From the NCBI GenBank assembly GCA_052174015.1, contig JBQMXM010000003.1, positions 8,536 to 72,535 of the forward strand: a stretch of 64,000 nucleotides of DNA, written 5' to 3'. The stretch comes from Clostridium sp. (GTDB taxonomy: Bacteria > Bacillota > Clostridia > TANB77 > CAG-508). A program made the translations under genes and the position numbers. Shown piece after piece: positions 36,103-45,999 of the stretch (position 1 is the first letter of the stretch; each line of letters opens with the position of its first letter). Under the pieces are notes generated by a model that saw nothing but the letters and a program-made list of their open reading frames with translations, was not told where the DNA came from and did no database searches.

Positions 36103-37497
36103 ATGATGGATACAACAAAAAATAATGGAATAGTACTTGCAACACTAATAATTACAATGATAGTGTTATCAATAATATTATCAATAACATTTGCAATAAC
36201 ACTTAAAAATCCATCATTACACCAATTATTACCAGGTATAAGAAAAAGAAATATAGAAAAAATATATCAAGAACAATTAGATGCTAGAATACAACAAGAA
36301 AAGTTTACAGGTAATGAAGAAACAGATAATAATAAAGTACATCAGATAATAACAGAGATAGTACAACAAGAACATACAATAGTTGGAGAAATACCTAAAT
36401 ATACAACAGGATTTGAACATGATTATACATTTACAATACAAGAAAAAAACAAAAATGTAAAAACAGAGATAACTTTAAAATCAAAAGCAGAATTTAACAA
36501 TGCCTTACAACAAGTTAGTATGGATTCTGGATATACTAAGACTATACCATTACCAGAAGTTGGAGACACAGTTATTTATGACCCAACAAAAGGTGTTACA
36601 GACCAATCTAAACTTACATATACATCATATAAAGGTACTGCTAAAACAGGTGGTAATGGTTATGGTACACAAACAGTAACTGCAAAAGCAGAAATTAATG
36701 AATGGGTAGTAATATCTACTGCAAATAATCAAGTTAAATTAATGCCAAAAAAGAAAGAAACACAGATATTTAAACTTAAAGGTGCAATAGGTTGGCTATA
36801 TGCAGAAGAAGAATTACATAAAGCAAGTAGTATATATGGATATGGAAAAGGAGCTGATCAGTCAAAAACTTTTACATATCAAGTAGGTAATTACCAAATA
36901 CCTGAAGAAGTTAAAACAAAAACATTAACAGGTTCAGGAGCAAGAAATATGACAATGGAAGATATAGTTAAGATAATAAAAGGCGAAGAATATTCAGATT
37001 TTACAGATGAAGAAAAAAAATCACTTGATAATCATAGTTTACAAAATATGACTCCCCATTCATATTATTCATTAAATAGTGAAGGTGATGATGGTATAGT
37101 AAATTCAAGTAGAACCTTTAAGAGTGAATTTATGGGAATAGGTGAAATAGAATATGATGTAGACTTTGCTAAAAATATACTAGTTAATAATAATAAAAGA
37201 AAATTAAGAAAATATATATTTGATCCAAATTATAAAAATCATACTGATGTATTCTGGTTAGCAACACGTTGTGTTATTATGGACTATGGTTTTAAAAATT
37301 ATCAAATAGTATTTGGAAGATGGTGGAGTCCTATGTTTCATTATAGTGATTGGATGCAAGCTATAATGGGTCTAGATTATTATGATGAAAATATAAAAAG
37401 GTATTTAATACCTATAGTATTTTTAAAACAAGATATAGCACTAGAAAAAATAAATGTACAGAATGATGGAAGTGTGACTTGGAAAATAAAAGAGTAA
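36103..37497 (+). CDS. Prepilin-like secreted/surface protein, paralogue B
   Basis: 464 aa. The N-terminus is TKNNG/IVLATLIITMIVLSIILSITFA. The core EVGDTVIYDPTKGVTDQSKLTYTSYKGTAKTGGNGY...WLYAEEELHKASSIYGYGKGA is shared with 27387-28757. The C-terminal module is FWLATRCV...LIPIVFLK. ATG 36106 has the better RBS spacing. Confidence 0.55.
   Translation: MMDTTKNNGIVLATLIITMIVLSIILSITFAITLKNPSLHQLLPGIRKRNIEKIYQEQLDARIQQEKFTGNEETDNNKVHQIITEIVQQEHTIVGEIPKYTTGFEHDYTFTIQEKNKNVKTEITLKSKAEFNNALQQVSMDSGYTKTIPLPEVGDTVIYDPTKGVTDQSKLTYTSYKGTAKTGGNGYGTQTVTAKAEINEWVVISTANNQVKLMPKKKETQIFKLKGAIGWLYAEEELHKASSIYGYGKGADQSKTFTYQVGNYQIPEEVKTKTLTGSGARNMTMEDIVKIIKGEEYSDFTDEEKKSLDNHSLQNMTPHSYYSLNSEGDDGIVNSSRTFKSEFMGIGEIEYDVDFAKNILVNNNKRKLRKYIFDPNYKNHTDVFWLATRCVIMDYGFKNYQIVFGRWWSPMFHYSDWMQAIMGLDYYDENIKRYLIPIVFLKQDIALEKINVQNDGSVTWKIKE
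36559..37025 (+). repeat. Dispersed direct repeat, copy 2 (see 27828-28300)
   Basis: Same conserved nucleotide blocks as copy 1, about 8.7 kb downstream on the same strand. Confidence 0.7.
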
Positions 37498-37523
37498 TAT
37501 GAAATAAAAATATATTAATAATG

Positions 37524-37556
37524 AAGAATCTAAATTAAATATTTAGGTTCTTTTTT
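37524..37556 (+). terminator. Rho-independent terminator
   Basis: gaatctaaa-ttaaata-tttaggttc (one G-U pair) followed by TTTTTT. Confidence 0.65.
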
Positions 37557-37639
37557 GTTTATGTTTAGTTATTTACATTTTATGGTAATGTATGATAAAA
37601 TTAAAATGTATAAAAAATTATAGTATGATTGGAGAAGAA

Positions 37640-39205
37640 ATGTATATATATATAATAGGATATATAATTTTAGTTCCAATTGCATTCTATTTAGGAATAA
37701 AGTATAGAAAAAATATAGCAGAAGCAAAAATATTTAGTGCAGAAAAAGAAGCAGAAAAAATAGTTAAAGAAGCTATAAATGATAAGGAAAATATATTAAA
37801 AAACTCTAAAGTAGAGGCTAAAGAACTAAAATTAAAAATTAAAGAAGAAATAGATAAAGAATTAAAAGAAAGAAGAAGAGAAATATCTGTTCAAGAAAAT
37901 AGGTTATTTCAAAAAGAAGAACAATTACTAAAGAAAGAAGATAAACTTGAAAGAGAAATAGAAAAGACAGAAAAATTAAATTTAAGAATTTTAGATAAAG
38001 AAGAAAAAATAGACGAAATTTTAAAAAATCAAGAAGAACAACTACAAGTAATTGCAGGATTAACTAGAGAAGAAGCTAAAAGAGAAATGATAGAACAATT
38101 AGAAGAATCTTTAGTTATAGATAAGGCTAAAAGAATAAGAAAATATGAAGAAACATTAAAATTTGAATCTGGTAAAATTGCACGTGAGATAATATCATCA
38201 GCAATACAAAGGTGTGCAGCAGACCATACTTCAGAAGCAACAGTTACTATTATTGAAATACCAAATGATGAATTAAAAGGAAGAATTATTGGTAAAGAAG
38301 GAAGAAATATTAGAACTTTAGAAATGATGACAGGTGTACAATTTATAGTTGATGATACTCCTGGAGCTATAATTATTTCTGCATTTGACCCAATAAGGCG
38401 TGAAGTTGCAAAAGTTTCACTTGAAAAGTTAATTAAAGACGGAAGAATAAATCCGGCTAAGATAGAAGAAATTGTAGAAAAAACAATATCTGAAATAGAG
38501 GAAATTGTAGTTGCAGAAGGTAATAGAGCAATGCTTGAAACAGGTGTAGATAATTTAACAATAGAAGAAATTAAACTATTAGGTAAATTAAAATACAGAA
38601 CAAGCTACTCACAAAATGCTTTAACACATTCAATAGAGGTTGCAAATTTAAGTGGTATGATGGCAGAACTTATTGGTGCTGATAAAAAACTTGCAACAAG
38701 AGCAGGATTATTCCATGATATTGGGAAAGCATTAGACCATGACCCTGAAATACAAGGAACACATGTAGATTTAGGTGTAGAATTTTTAAAATTTAATAAA
38801 GAGCCAAGAGAAGTTCTAAATGCAGTACATGCACATCACGGAGATGTAGAACCTGAAACTGTAGAAGCAATTTTAGTACAAGCAGCAGACACAATCTCAG
38901 CATCAAGACCAGGAGCTAGACGAGACACACTTGAAGCATATATTAAGAGATTAGAAGCACTTGAAAATATATCTTCATCATTTGATGGCGTGAAAAAATC
39001 ATATGCTATTCAAGCAGGTAGAGAAATTAGAATAATAGTTGACCCTGATAAGATTTCTGATGAAAAAATTATTGTACTTGCACATGATGTTGCAGAAAAA
39101 ATTGAAAATGAAGTTTCATTCCCTGGACAAATTAAAGTACAAGTACTTAGAGAAAAAAGAACTACAAAATATGCTAAAAAAAGTAAAATGAATAAATATA
39201 ATTAA
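37640..39205 (+). CDS. rny: Ribonuclease Y
   Basis: N-terminal TM, K/E coiled coil, KH domain (GRIIGKEGRNIRTLE) and HD domain (LFHDIGKA...HAHHGD). GGAG lies 5 nt before ATG 37640. Confidence 0.9.
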   Translation: MYIYIIGYIILVPIAFYLGIKYRKNIAEAKIFSAEKEAEKIVKEAINDKENILKNSKVEAKELKLKIKEEIDKELKERRREISVQENRLFQKEEQLLKKEDKLEREIEKTEKLNLRILDKEEKIDEILKNQEEQLQVIAGLTREEAKREMIEQLEESLVIDKAKRIRKYEETLKFESGKIAREIISSAIQRCAADHTSEATVTIIEIPNDELKGRIIGKEGRNIRTLEMMTGVQFIVDDTPGAIIISAFDPIRREVAKVSLEKLIKDGRINPAKIEEIVEKTISEIEEIVVAEGNRAMLETGVDNLTIEEIKLLGKLKYRTSYSQNALTHSIEVANLSGMMAELIGADKKLATRAGLFHDIGKALDHDPEIQGTHVDLGVEFLKFNKEPREVLNAVHAHHGDVEPETVEAILVQAADTISASRPGARRDTLEAYIKRLEALENISSSFDGVKKSYAIQAGREIRIIVDPDKISDEKIIVLAHDVAEKIENEVSFPGQIKVQVLREKRTTKYAKKSKMNKYN

Positions 39206-39221
39206 ATATAATTGAGGTAAA

Positions 39222-39950
39222 ATGAAAATATTAAGATATATATTTAGAATGTTAATAATCCTAGTTATTAGTGTAATAATATTATTAGGTTTTTATGGAT
39301 ATACAGAATATGAGAAAATATATAAGCAGATAGATAATAATCTGATAGAAGAAAAGGTAGACGAAATACGAAATAGGGAAGATTATACAAAATTAACAGA
39401 TATAGATAAAAAATATTTAGATGCAGTAATTGCTGCAGAAGATAATAGATTTTATTCACATGGTGCAATAGACCAAATTTCTATTACAAGAGCTATCATA
39501 GATAATTTTTCTTCTAAAAAAATAGTATCAGGTGGCTCTACAATTACACAACAATTTGTAAAAAACACATATTTAACACAAGAGCAAAATTTAAAAAGAA
39601 AATATTTAGAAGCAATATTATCTATAGAGCTTGAAAAAAGATATTCAAAAGATGAGATTTTAGAACTATATGTTAATTCAATATTCTTTGGACAAGGAAT
39701 GTTTGGAATAAAACAAGCATGTAAAGGATATTTTGATATAACTCCTAAAAAAATGACATTAAATCAAGCTGCATATTTAGCAGGTGTACCAAATGCACCT
39801 TCAAAATACAATACTAAACAAGATTATACCATTGCTAAAAAAAGAAGAGACATAGTTCTTGAAAAAATGGTTAGATATAATAAGATTAATAGTAAAGAAG
39901 CAAAAGAAGTAATGGAAAAAGAAATTGGAGATAAATTTTCTAAAAAATAA
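39222..39950 (+). CDS. Monofunctional peptidoglycan glycosyltransferase (GT51)
   Basis: 242 aa. TM, then AAEDNRFYSHGAIDQISITRA...GGSTITQQFVKN...KDEILELYVN. There is no transpeptidase domain. Confidence 0.8.
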   Translation: MKILRYIFRMLIILVISVIILLGFYGYTEYEKIYKQIDNNLIEEKVDEIRNREDYTKLTDIDKKYLDAVIAAEDNRFYSHGAIDQISITRAIIDNFSSKKIVSGGSTITQQFVKNTYLTQEQNLKRKYLEAILSIELEKRYSKDEILELYVNSIFFGQGMFGIKQACKGYFDITPKKMTLNQAAYLAGVPNAPSKYNTKQDYTIAKKRRDIVLEKMVRYNKINSKEAKEVMEKEIGDKFSKK

Positions 39951-39967
39951 TTGATTGAGGAGAAAAT

Positions 39968-40261
39968 ATGATAAGCAAAGAAGAAGTACAAAAAATTGCA
40001 AATTTATCTAAATTAGAATTTAATGAATCTGAATTATCTAAAATGCAATTAGAATTATCAAATATATTAGGATATATGGAAATATTAAATGATATAGATG
40101 TATCAGGTGTTTCAGAAAAAGAAATTATGAGTACAAACATTAACTATTTTCAAAAAGATGAAGCAGAAAAATTTAAAGATACTTCCTTAATATTAAAAAA
40201 TACAAAAACAATAGCAGATATGGTAAATATTCCAGCTATTAGAAAGGAAGAACAAGAATAA
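39968..40261 (+). CDS. gatC: Glu/Asp-tRNA amidotransferase subunit C
   Basis: 97 aa. ISKEEVQKIANLSKLEFNESEL. It directly precedes and abuts gatA. Confidence 0.8.
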   Translation: MISKEEVQKIANLSKLEFNESELSKMQLELSNILGYMEILNDIDVSGVSEKEIMSTNINYFQKDEAEKFKDTSLILKNTKTIADMVNIPAIRKEEQE

Positions 40262-41652
40262 TGAAAGATAAAATATTGAATGCAACATTATTAGAGTTAA
40301 TGCAAATGGTAAATAATAATGAAGTTACAAAAAAAGAAATCTTTAAAACATATTTAGAAAATATACAATTAAAAGATAAAGAAATAGGGGCATATATATC
40401 TGTAGAAGAAAATATACAAGATGGTATACCAATTGCAATAAAAGACAATATTAATGTAATAGGTACAAAAACAACTTGTGCAAGTAAGATATTAGAAAAT
40501 TATGAGAGTCCATACAATGCAGTAATCATTGATAAATTAATAGATGCAGGATTTGCTGTAAATGGAAAAGTAAATTTAGATGAATTTGCATTTGGTTCTT
40601 CAACAGAATATTCAGCAATAAAGCAAACATCAAACCCACATAATCTTGAACATGTACCTGGAGGTTCATCAGGAGGTTCAGCAGCAAGTGTAGCTGCTAA
40701 TCTTGCACCATGTGCAATAGGAACAGATACAGGTGGTTCTGTAAGGCAACCTGCAAATTATTGTGGAGTTGTAGGATTAAAACCTAGTTATGGAACAATA
40801 TCAAGATATGGAATAGTTTCATTTGGTTCAAGTTTAGACCAAGCAGGAATAATAACTAAAAATGTAGAAGATGCTGCATATCTTTTAAATGTAATTTCAG
40901 GAGATGGAATTAAAGATACAACATCATTAAAAAAAGAAGAATTACCAGACTTTACAGCAAAATTAAATGATGGAATTAAAGGAATTAAAGTTGCAGTAAT
41001 TGATCAATTCTTACAAGAAGAAATGCAAGAAGAAGTTAGACAAGCAATAGATAAAACAATATCTATATTTAAAGAAAATGGAACAGTAGATAGGGTTAAT
41101 GTAGGATTTGGAAAAGAAGCAATTTCTGTATATCATATTTTAAGCTCTGCAGAAGCATCATCAAATTTATCAAGAATAGATGGAATTAGATATGGTAAGA
41201 GAATAGAAGGAGATACACTTGAAGACCTATATGTAAGAACAAGAACAGAAGGTTTTGGGCGTGAAGCAAAAAGAAGAATAATGCTTGGAACATATGTGTT
41301 ATCTGCAGGATATTATGACGCATATTACAAAAAAGCATTAAAAGTTAGACAATTAATAATTAAAGAAATTAATAAGATATTTGAAGAATATGATGTCATA
41401 TTAATGCCTGTTACAATAAAAACAGCACCAAAAAAAGGATATGTAGAAGCAAACCAAGAAGAAACATTTTATTCAGACCTATATACTTGTTTAGCTAATA
41501 TTACAGGTATATGTTCAATATCTGTGCCAGTATCAAAAGATAAAAATAATATGCCAATAGGAATACAATTATTATGTAATAGATATGAAGATAACAAATT
41601 ATTACAAATATCAAATGCAATATTTAAAAAATTTAATAAAAATAATAGATAA
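40261..41652 (+). CDS. gatA: Glu/Asp-tRNA amidotransferase subunit A (amidase signature)
   Basis: PIAIKDNI...GGSSGGSAASVAA...GTDTGGSVRQPA. Confidence 0.9.
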   Translation: MKDKILNATLLELMQMVNNNEVTKKEIFKTYLENIQLKDKEIGAYISVEENIQDGIPIAIKDNINVIGTKTTCASKILENYESPYNAVIIDKLIDAGFAVNGKVNLDEFAFGSSTEYSAIKQTSNPHNLEHVPGGSSGGSAASVAANLAPCAIGTDTGGSVRQPANYCGVVGLKPSYGTISRYGIVSFGSSLDQAGIITKNVEDAAYLLNVISGDGIKDTTSLKKEELPDFTAKLNDGIKGIKVAVIDQFLQEEMQEEVRQAIDKTISIFKENGTVDRVNVGFGKEAISVYHILSSAEASSNLSRIDGIRYGKRIEGDTLEDLYVRTRTEGFGREAKRRIMLGTYVLSAGYYDAYYKKALKVRQLIIKEINKIFEEYDVILMPVTIKTAPKKGYVEANQEETFYSDLYTCLANITGICSISVPVSKDKNNMPIGIQLLCNRYEDNKLLQISNAIFKKFNKNNR

Positions 41653-41665
41653 TTAGGAGAATGAT

Positions 41666-42271
41666 ATGAATTTACCAAATAAGTTGAGTGTAATGAGAGT
41701 TGCATTAGTACCTGTAATGATGATATTTCCATCATTTATCCACACAGAAAGAACAATATGTGGAATAAATTTATCAATATTTATATTTTTAATATTATTT
41801 ATAATAGCGAGTATTACAGATTTTTTAGATGGAAAAATAGCTAGAAAATATAATCTAATTACAGACTTTGGAAAATTTATAGACCCACTTGCAGATAAAA
41901 TGCTAGTAATGGCAGCATTATTAGTATCAGTAGAATACAGTATGTTACCTGCATGGATAGTAGTTATAATAATTGTTCGTGAATTTGCAGTATCAGGATA
42001 TAGGTTAATAGAAGCCAAAAATGGAGAAGTTGTAGCGGCATCAAAATTAGGTAAATTAAAAACTATGACACAAATGATAGGAATAGTACTATTACTGTTA
42101 ACACCATTTAAATTTATGGCTTTTGTACAACCATACAACTATGATTTTAATACATATACATATATAATAAATATGTTAGGTAGTATTATCTTCTTAATAT
42201 CTGTAATAGCTACAGTTATTTCAGGTTGGGATTATTTAAAACATTTAAAACCAATATTAAAAGATGCATAG
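41666..42271 (+). CDS. pgsA: CDP-diacylglycerol--glycerol-3-phosphate 3-phosphatidyltransferase
   Basis: The CDP-alcohol phosphatidyltransferase motif is DFLDGKIARKYNLITDFGKFIDPLADK. Confidence 0.85.
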   Translation: MNLPNKLSVMRVALVPVMMIFPSFIHTERTICGINLSIFIFLILFIIASITDFLDGKIARKYNLITDFGKFIDPLADKMLVMAALLVSVEYSMLPAWIVVIIIVREFAVSGYRLIEAKNGEVVAASKLGKLKTMTQMIGIVLLLLTPFKFMAFVQPYNYDFNTYTYIINMLGSIIFLISVIATVISGWDYLKHLKPILKDA

Positions 42272-42276
42272 AAGTA

Positions 42277-42304
42277 AAGGAGATGTTTTATCATCTCTTT
42301 TTTT
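42277..42304 (+). terminator. Rho-independent terminator after pgsA
   Basis: aaggagatg-ttttat-catctcttt followed by a T-run. Confidence 0.65.
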
Positions 42305-42397
42305 AGACTAATGTGATAAATATATTAAAAGAAGTATCTAGTACATTTACATACAATGAATCATATTTTAAATTTATTTAATACACATAATTCAATT

Positions 42398-42426
42398 TTG
42401 CATTTTTTAAAAAAATATAGTATAAT
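42398..42426 (+). promoter_or_regulatory. Candidate typA promoter (TTGCAT-17-TATAAT)
   Basis: ttgcat tttttaaaaaaatatag tataat. Confidence 0.45.
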
Positions 42427-42474
42427 ATTATAGTTATAAAATTATATGAGAAGTAATAAAAGAGTGAGGCAAAA

Positions 42475-44292
42475 ATGATAAATGAAAAAATAAGAAATGT
42501 AGCTATAATAGCACACGTTGACCACGGAAAAACAACATTAGTAAATGAGTTATTAAAACAAAGTGGAGTTTTTAGAACAAACGAAGAAGTACAAGATAGA
42601 GTAATGGATAGTAATGACCAAGAAAGAGAAAGAGGAATTACTATCTTATCTAAAAATACATCTGTAATGTATAATGATATAAAAATAAATATAGTAGATA
42701 CACCAGGACACGCAGACTTTGGAGGAGAAGTAGAACGTGTACTTAAAATGGTAGATGGAGTATTACTATTAGTAGATGCGTATGAAGGTACAATGCCACA
42801 AACAAGAGCAGTACTTAAAAAAGCATTGTCATTAGGATTAAAACCTATAGTAGTAGTAAACAAAATTGATAGACCAGGAGCAAATCCTGAAAAAGCATTA
42901 GATAGTGTTTTAGAATTATTTATAGATTTAGGAGCAGATGAAGACCAATTAGAATTTCCAGTTGTGTATGCATCAGCAAAAAATGGTGTATCAAAATTTA
43001 ATGTGGAAGATGAAGCAGTAGACTTTATTCCAATATTTGAATCAATTGTTAAAAATATACCTGCACCAAATTGTGATATAGATGGAACAGCACAAATGTT
43101 AGTATCAAATATTGATTATGATGATTATGTAGGAAGAATAGCAGTAGGAAGAATAGAAAGAGGAACTTTAAGAAAAGGTATGCCTATTGCAATTTGCAAG
43201 AGAGATGAAAGTGTAAAAAAAGCTAATATTACTAAAATGTATATATATCAAGGGTTACAAAAAGTTGTAGTAGAAGAAGCGAAAGCAGGAGAAATAGTTA
43301 CAATATCTGGTATTGCAGATGTAAATATTGGAGAAACAATCTGTGATGAAAATAATATTGAAAAAATAGATTTTGTAGATATAGACGAACCAACAGTATC
43401 AATGACATTTAGTGTAAACAATGGTCCACTTGCAGGAAAAGAAGGTAAATATATAACTTCAAGACATATTAAAGATAGATTAGAAAAAGAAGTAGAAAGA
43501 AATATATCATTAAGAGTAAGAGATACAGAATTTTCAGATCAATTTGAAGTGTCTGGTAGAGGAGAATTACATTTAACAGTACTTATAGAGACAATGAGAA
43601 GAGAAGGATTTGAACTTTTAGTATCAAGACCAAAAGTAATATTAAGAGAAATAGATGGAGTAATGCAAGAACCAATAGAAAGATTGGTTGTAGATGCACC
43701 AACTGACACAATAGGTTCAGTAATAGAAAAATTAGGAAGACGTAAAGCAGAAATGATTGATATGAAACCAGGAGAAGGAGACTTTACAAGAGTAGAATTC
43801 TTAATTCCAGCAAGAGGACTTATTGGATACAGAGCAGAATTTTTAACAGATACAAGAGGAAATGGAACATTAAATCATGTATTTGAAAAATATGCACCAT
43901 TAAAAGGAGAAATTCAATCAAGAACAAGAGGAACAATAGTTGCATTTGAATCAGGTAAAGCAGTAGCATATGGATTATTTAATGCACAAGATAAAGGAGA
44001 ATTATTGATCTCTCCAGGTACAGAAGTGTATGAAGGAATGGTAGTTGGAATAAATTCAAGAAATGAAGATTTAGCAATAAATGTATGTAAAGAAAAACAT
44101 TTAACAAATACTAGAGCTTCAGGTTCAGATGATGCTTTAAACTTAGTGCCACCATTAAATTTCTCATTAGAAAAAGCAATAGAATTTATTGCAGATGATG
44201 AATATGTAGAAATTACACCAGAAAATATTAGAATTCGTAAAAGAATTTTAAATAATAAAGAGAGAGAAAGAGCAAATAGAAGTAAAAAATAA
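42475..44292 (+). CDS. typA: Translational GTPase TypA/BipA
   Basis: IRNVAIIAHVDHGKTTLV...DTPGHADFGGEVER...NKIDR. Length 605 aa. Confidence 0.92.
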   Translation: MINEKIRNVAIIAHVDHGKTTLVNELLKQSGVFRTNEEVQDRVMDSNDQERERGITILSKNTSVMYNDIKINIVDTPGHADFGGEVERVLKMVDGVLLLVDAYEGTMPQTRAVLKKALSLGLKPIVVVNKIDRPGANPEKALDSVLELFIDLGADEDQLEFPVVYASAKNGVSKFNVEDEAVDFIPIFESIVKNIPAPNCDIDGTAQMLVSNIDYDDYVGRIAVGRIERGTLRKGMPIAICKRDESVKKANITKMYIYQGLQKVVVEEAKAGEIVTISGIADVNIGETICDENNIEKIDFVDIDEPTVSMTFSVNNGPLAGKEGKYITSRHIKDRLEKEVERNISLRVRDTEFSDQFEVSGRGELHLTVLIETMRREGFELLVSRPKVILREIDGVMQEPIERLVVDAPTDTIGSVIEKLGRRKAEMIDMKPGEGDFTRVEFLIPARGLIGYRAEFLTDTRGNGTLNHVFEKYAPLKGEIQSRTRGTIVAFESGKAVAYGLFNAQDKGELLISPGTEVYEGMVVGINSRNEDLAINVCKEKHLTNTRASGSDDALNLVPPLNFSLEKAIEFIADDEYVEITPENIRIRKRILNNKERERANRSKK

Positions 44293-44924
44293 TGGATACA
44301 ATTAAAAAAATAAAGGAATATGCTATAAAAAACAATGTACCTATTTTAAGAGATAAAACATTAAAAATATTACTTAATAAAATTCAAAAAATAGTAAATG
44401 AAAATCCAAATAAGGAAATTCATGTATTAGAAATAGGTACAGCAATTGCATATACTACAATTCAAATAGCAAATGTTTCTCCAAATATATATATTGATAC
44501 AATAGAAAAAAAAGTATCTGTATATGAAAGAGCTAAACAAAATGTATTAGAATATAGTGAAATAGATGAAAATATATTAGAAAGAATAACATTATATAAT
44601 GGAGATGCAATAGAAATCTTAAAAGATGTAATGTCTTCAAAGCAAAAATATGATTTTGTATTTATAGATGCAAATAAAAGTAAATATTTAGAATATTTTA
44701 ATATATGTAAAGAAATACTAAAAACAGATAGAACTACATACATATTTGCAGACAATGTATTATATATGGGGTATGTTTTAGGAGATTATACAGAAAAAAA
44801 ACATAGAACAGCAGTAACAAATTTAAGATTATTTGTATCAGAAATTATGAAAAATACATATAATACTAAACTATATAGTATAGATGATGGTTTTAGTATT
44901 ACAAAGTTTGAAAAAAATAATTAG
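44292..44924 (+). CDS. Class I SAM-dependent O-methyltransferase (YrrM/TrmR-like)
   Basis: VLEIGTAIAYTT (motif I) and FVFIDANKSKY. The start overlaps the typA stop (TAATG). Confidence 0.65.
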   Translation: MDTIKKIKEYAIKNNVPILRDKTLKILLNKIQKIVNENPNKEIHVLEIGTAIAYTTIQIANVSPNIYIDTIEKKVSVYERAKQNVLEYSEIDENILERITLYNGDAIEILKDVMSSKQKYDFVFIDANKSKYLEYFNICKEILKTDRTTYIFADNVLYMGYVLGDYTEKKHRTAVTNLRLFVSEIMKNTYNTKLYSIDDGFSITKFEKNN

Positions 44925-45114
44925 CTATGGTATAATGATATACATAATTAGTTTAAATAGTCTTATATTAAAATTATGTTAAAATAAATGAATATATTAA
45001 ACTAAAAATTGAAAAAATATAATTTAAATGTTATAGTATAGATATACTGAAAAGTAATAATACCGAAGCGAAAGCTAATTAAAATTACATGTAAATTTAA
45101 AGAAAGGAACTATT

Positions 45115-45513
45115 ATGAACAAAGTATTAAACAGAGTTATGTTATTAGTATTAGCATTAACATTAGTGGTAGGAATCAATGCATTTGCAACATTCCCATC
45201 ATCATCAGATTCAAGTACTAATAATACATCAACAACAAATCAATCATCTCAAAATAATTCTGGAACATCATTATTAAGTCCAGGTGGTGGAACAACAACA
45301 ACTTCATCATCAACAACTGGTGGAAGTAGTGATACAACTACATCTACTACAACAAACACACAAATTCAAACAGATGGACAAAAATCAACAGAATCAAAAA
45401 AAGATGAAAAAACAACAACATTACCAGAAGCAGGAGCAAGCAAACTTGTTTTTGTAGGAATGGGTTCATTAGCAGTAATTACAGCATTAATGTATAAAAA
45501 AGCTAGAAAATAA
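45115..45513 (+). CDS. Small Ser/Thr-rich sortase-anchored surface protein (LPEAG sorting signal)
   Basis: The signal peptide ends ...GINAFA. An S/T/N-rich body is followed by LPEAG + TM (LVFVGMGSLAVITALM) + YKKARK. Confidence 0.7.
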   Translation: MNKVLNRVMLLVLALTLVVGINAFATFPSSSDSSTNNTSTTNQSSQNNSGTSLLSPGGGTTTTSSSTTGGSSDTTTSTTTNTQIQTDGQKSTESKKDEKTTTLPEAGASKLVFVGMGSLAVITALMYKKARK

Positions 45514-45535
45514 TATTAAAATGAATCAAAGTAAG

Positions 45536-45565
45536 AGCAGTTAATATATATTAACTGCTTTTTTA
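45536..45565 (+). terminator. Rho-independent terminator
   Basis: agcagttaat-atat-attaactgct followed by TTTTT. Confidence 0.7.
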
Positions 45566-45651
45566 ATATATATTGTAATATTATAGTTAGAAATATAGCT
45601 AAAAATAATTTGGTGTGATATAATTCAAGTAATATATATAATAATTATGAG

Positions 45652-45999
45652 GTGAAAATGTTAAAATCAATAATTGATAACAAAAAAGGAATACTGCTTA
45701 TGATTATTTCAGCAATTTTCGCATGTATAGGCCAATTATTTTGGAAACTTTTTAATATCAATGATAATATACTATATTTAATATTTGGATTCTTCCTCTA
45801 CGGAGTAGGAGCATTAGTTATGATTAAAGCATACAAGTTTGGAAAATTATCTGTATTACAACCGATAATTAGTTTAAATTATGTATTTGCACTAATTTTA
45901 GGAGTAACTGTACTTAAAGAAAATATCAGTATATTTAAAATATTAGGTATATTTATTATAATTTTTGGAGTAGCATGTATTGCTGGAGGAGATAAATGA
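45652..45999 (+). CDS. EamA/DMT-superfamily half-size membrane protein
   Basis: 115 aa, 4 TM. It overlaps the partner gene by 4 nt (ATGA) and ends in TGA. Confidence 0.6.
   Translation: MKMLKSIIDNKKGILLMIISAIFACIGQLFWKLFNINDNILYLIFGFFLYGVGALVMIKAYKFGKLSVLQPIISLNYVFALILGVTVLKENISIFKILGIFIIIFGVACIAGGDK

Noticed and set aside
45997-45999. Possible genetic code 4 (TGA = Trp), given the Mollicutes-like AT richness.
   Set aside because: TGA closes ORF 45652-45999 in a typical ATGA overlap. Trp is encoded by TGG throughout recognisable conserved motifs, and no conserved domain is interrupted by TGA.
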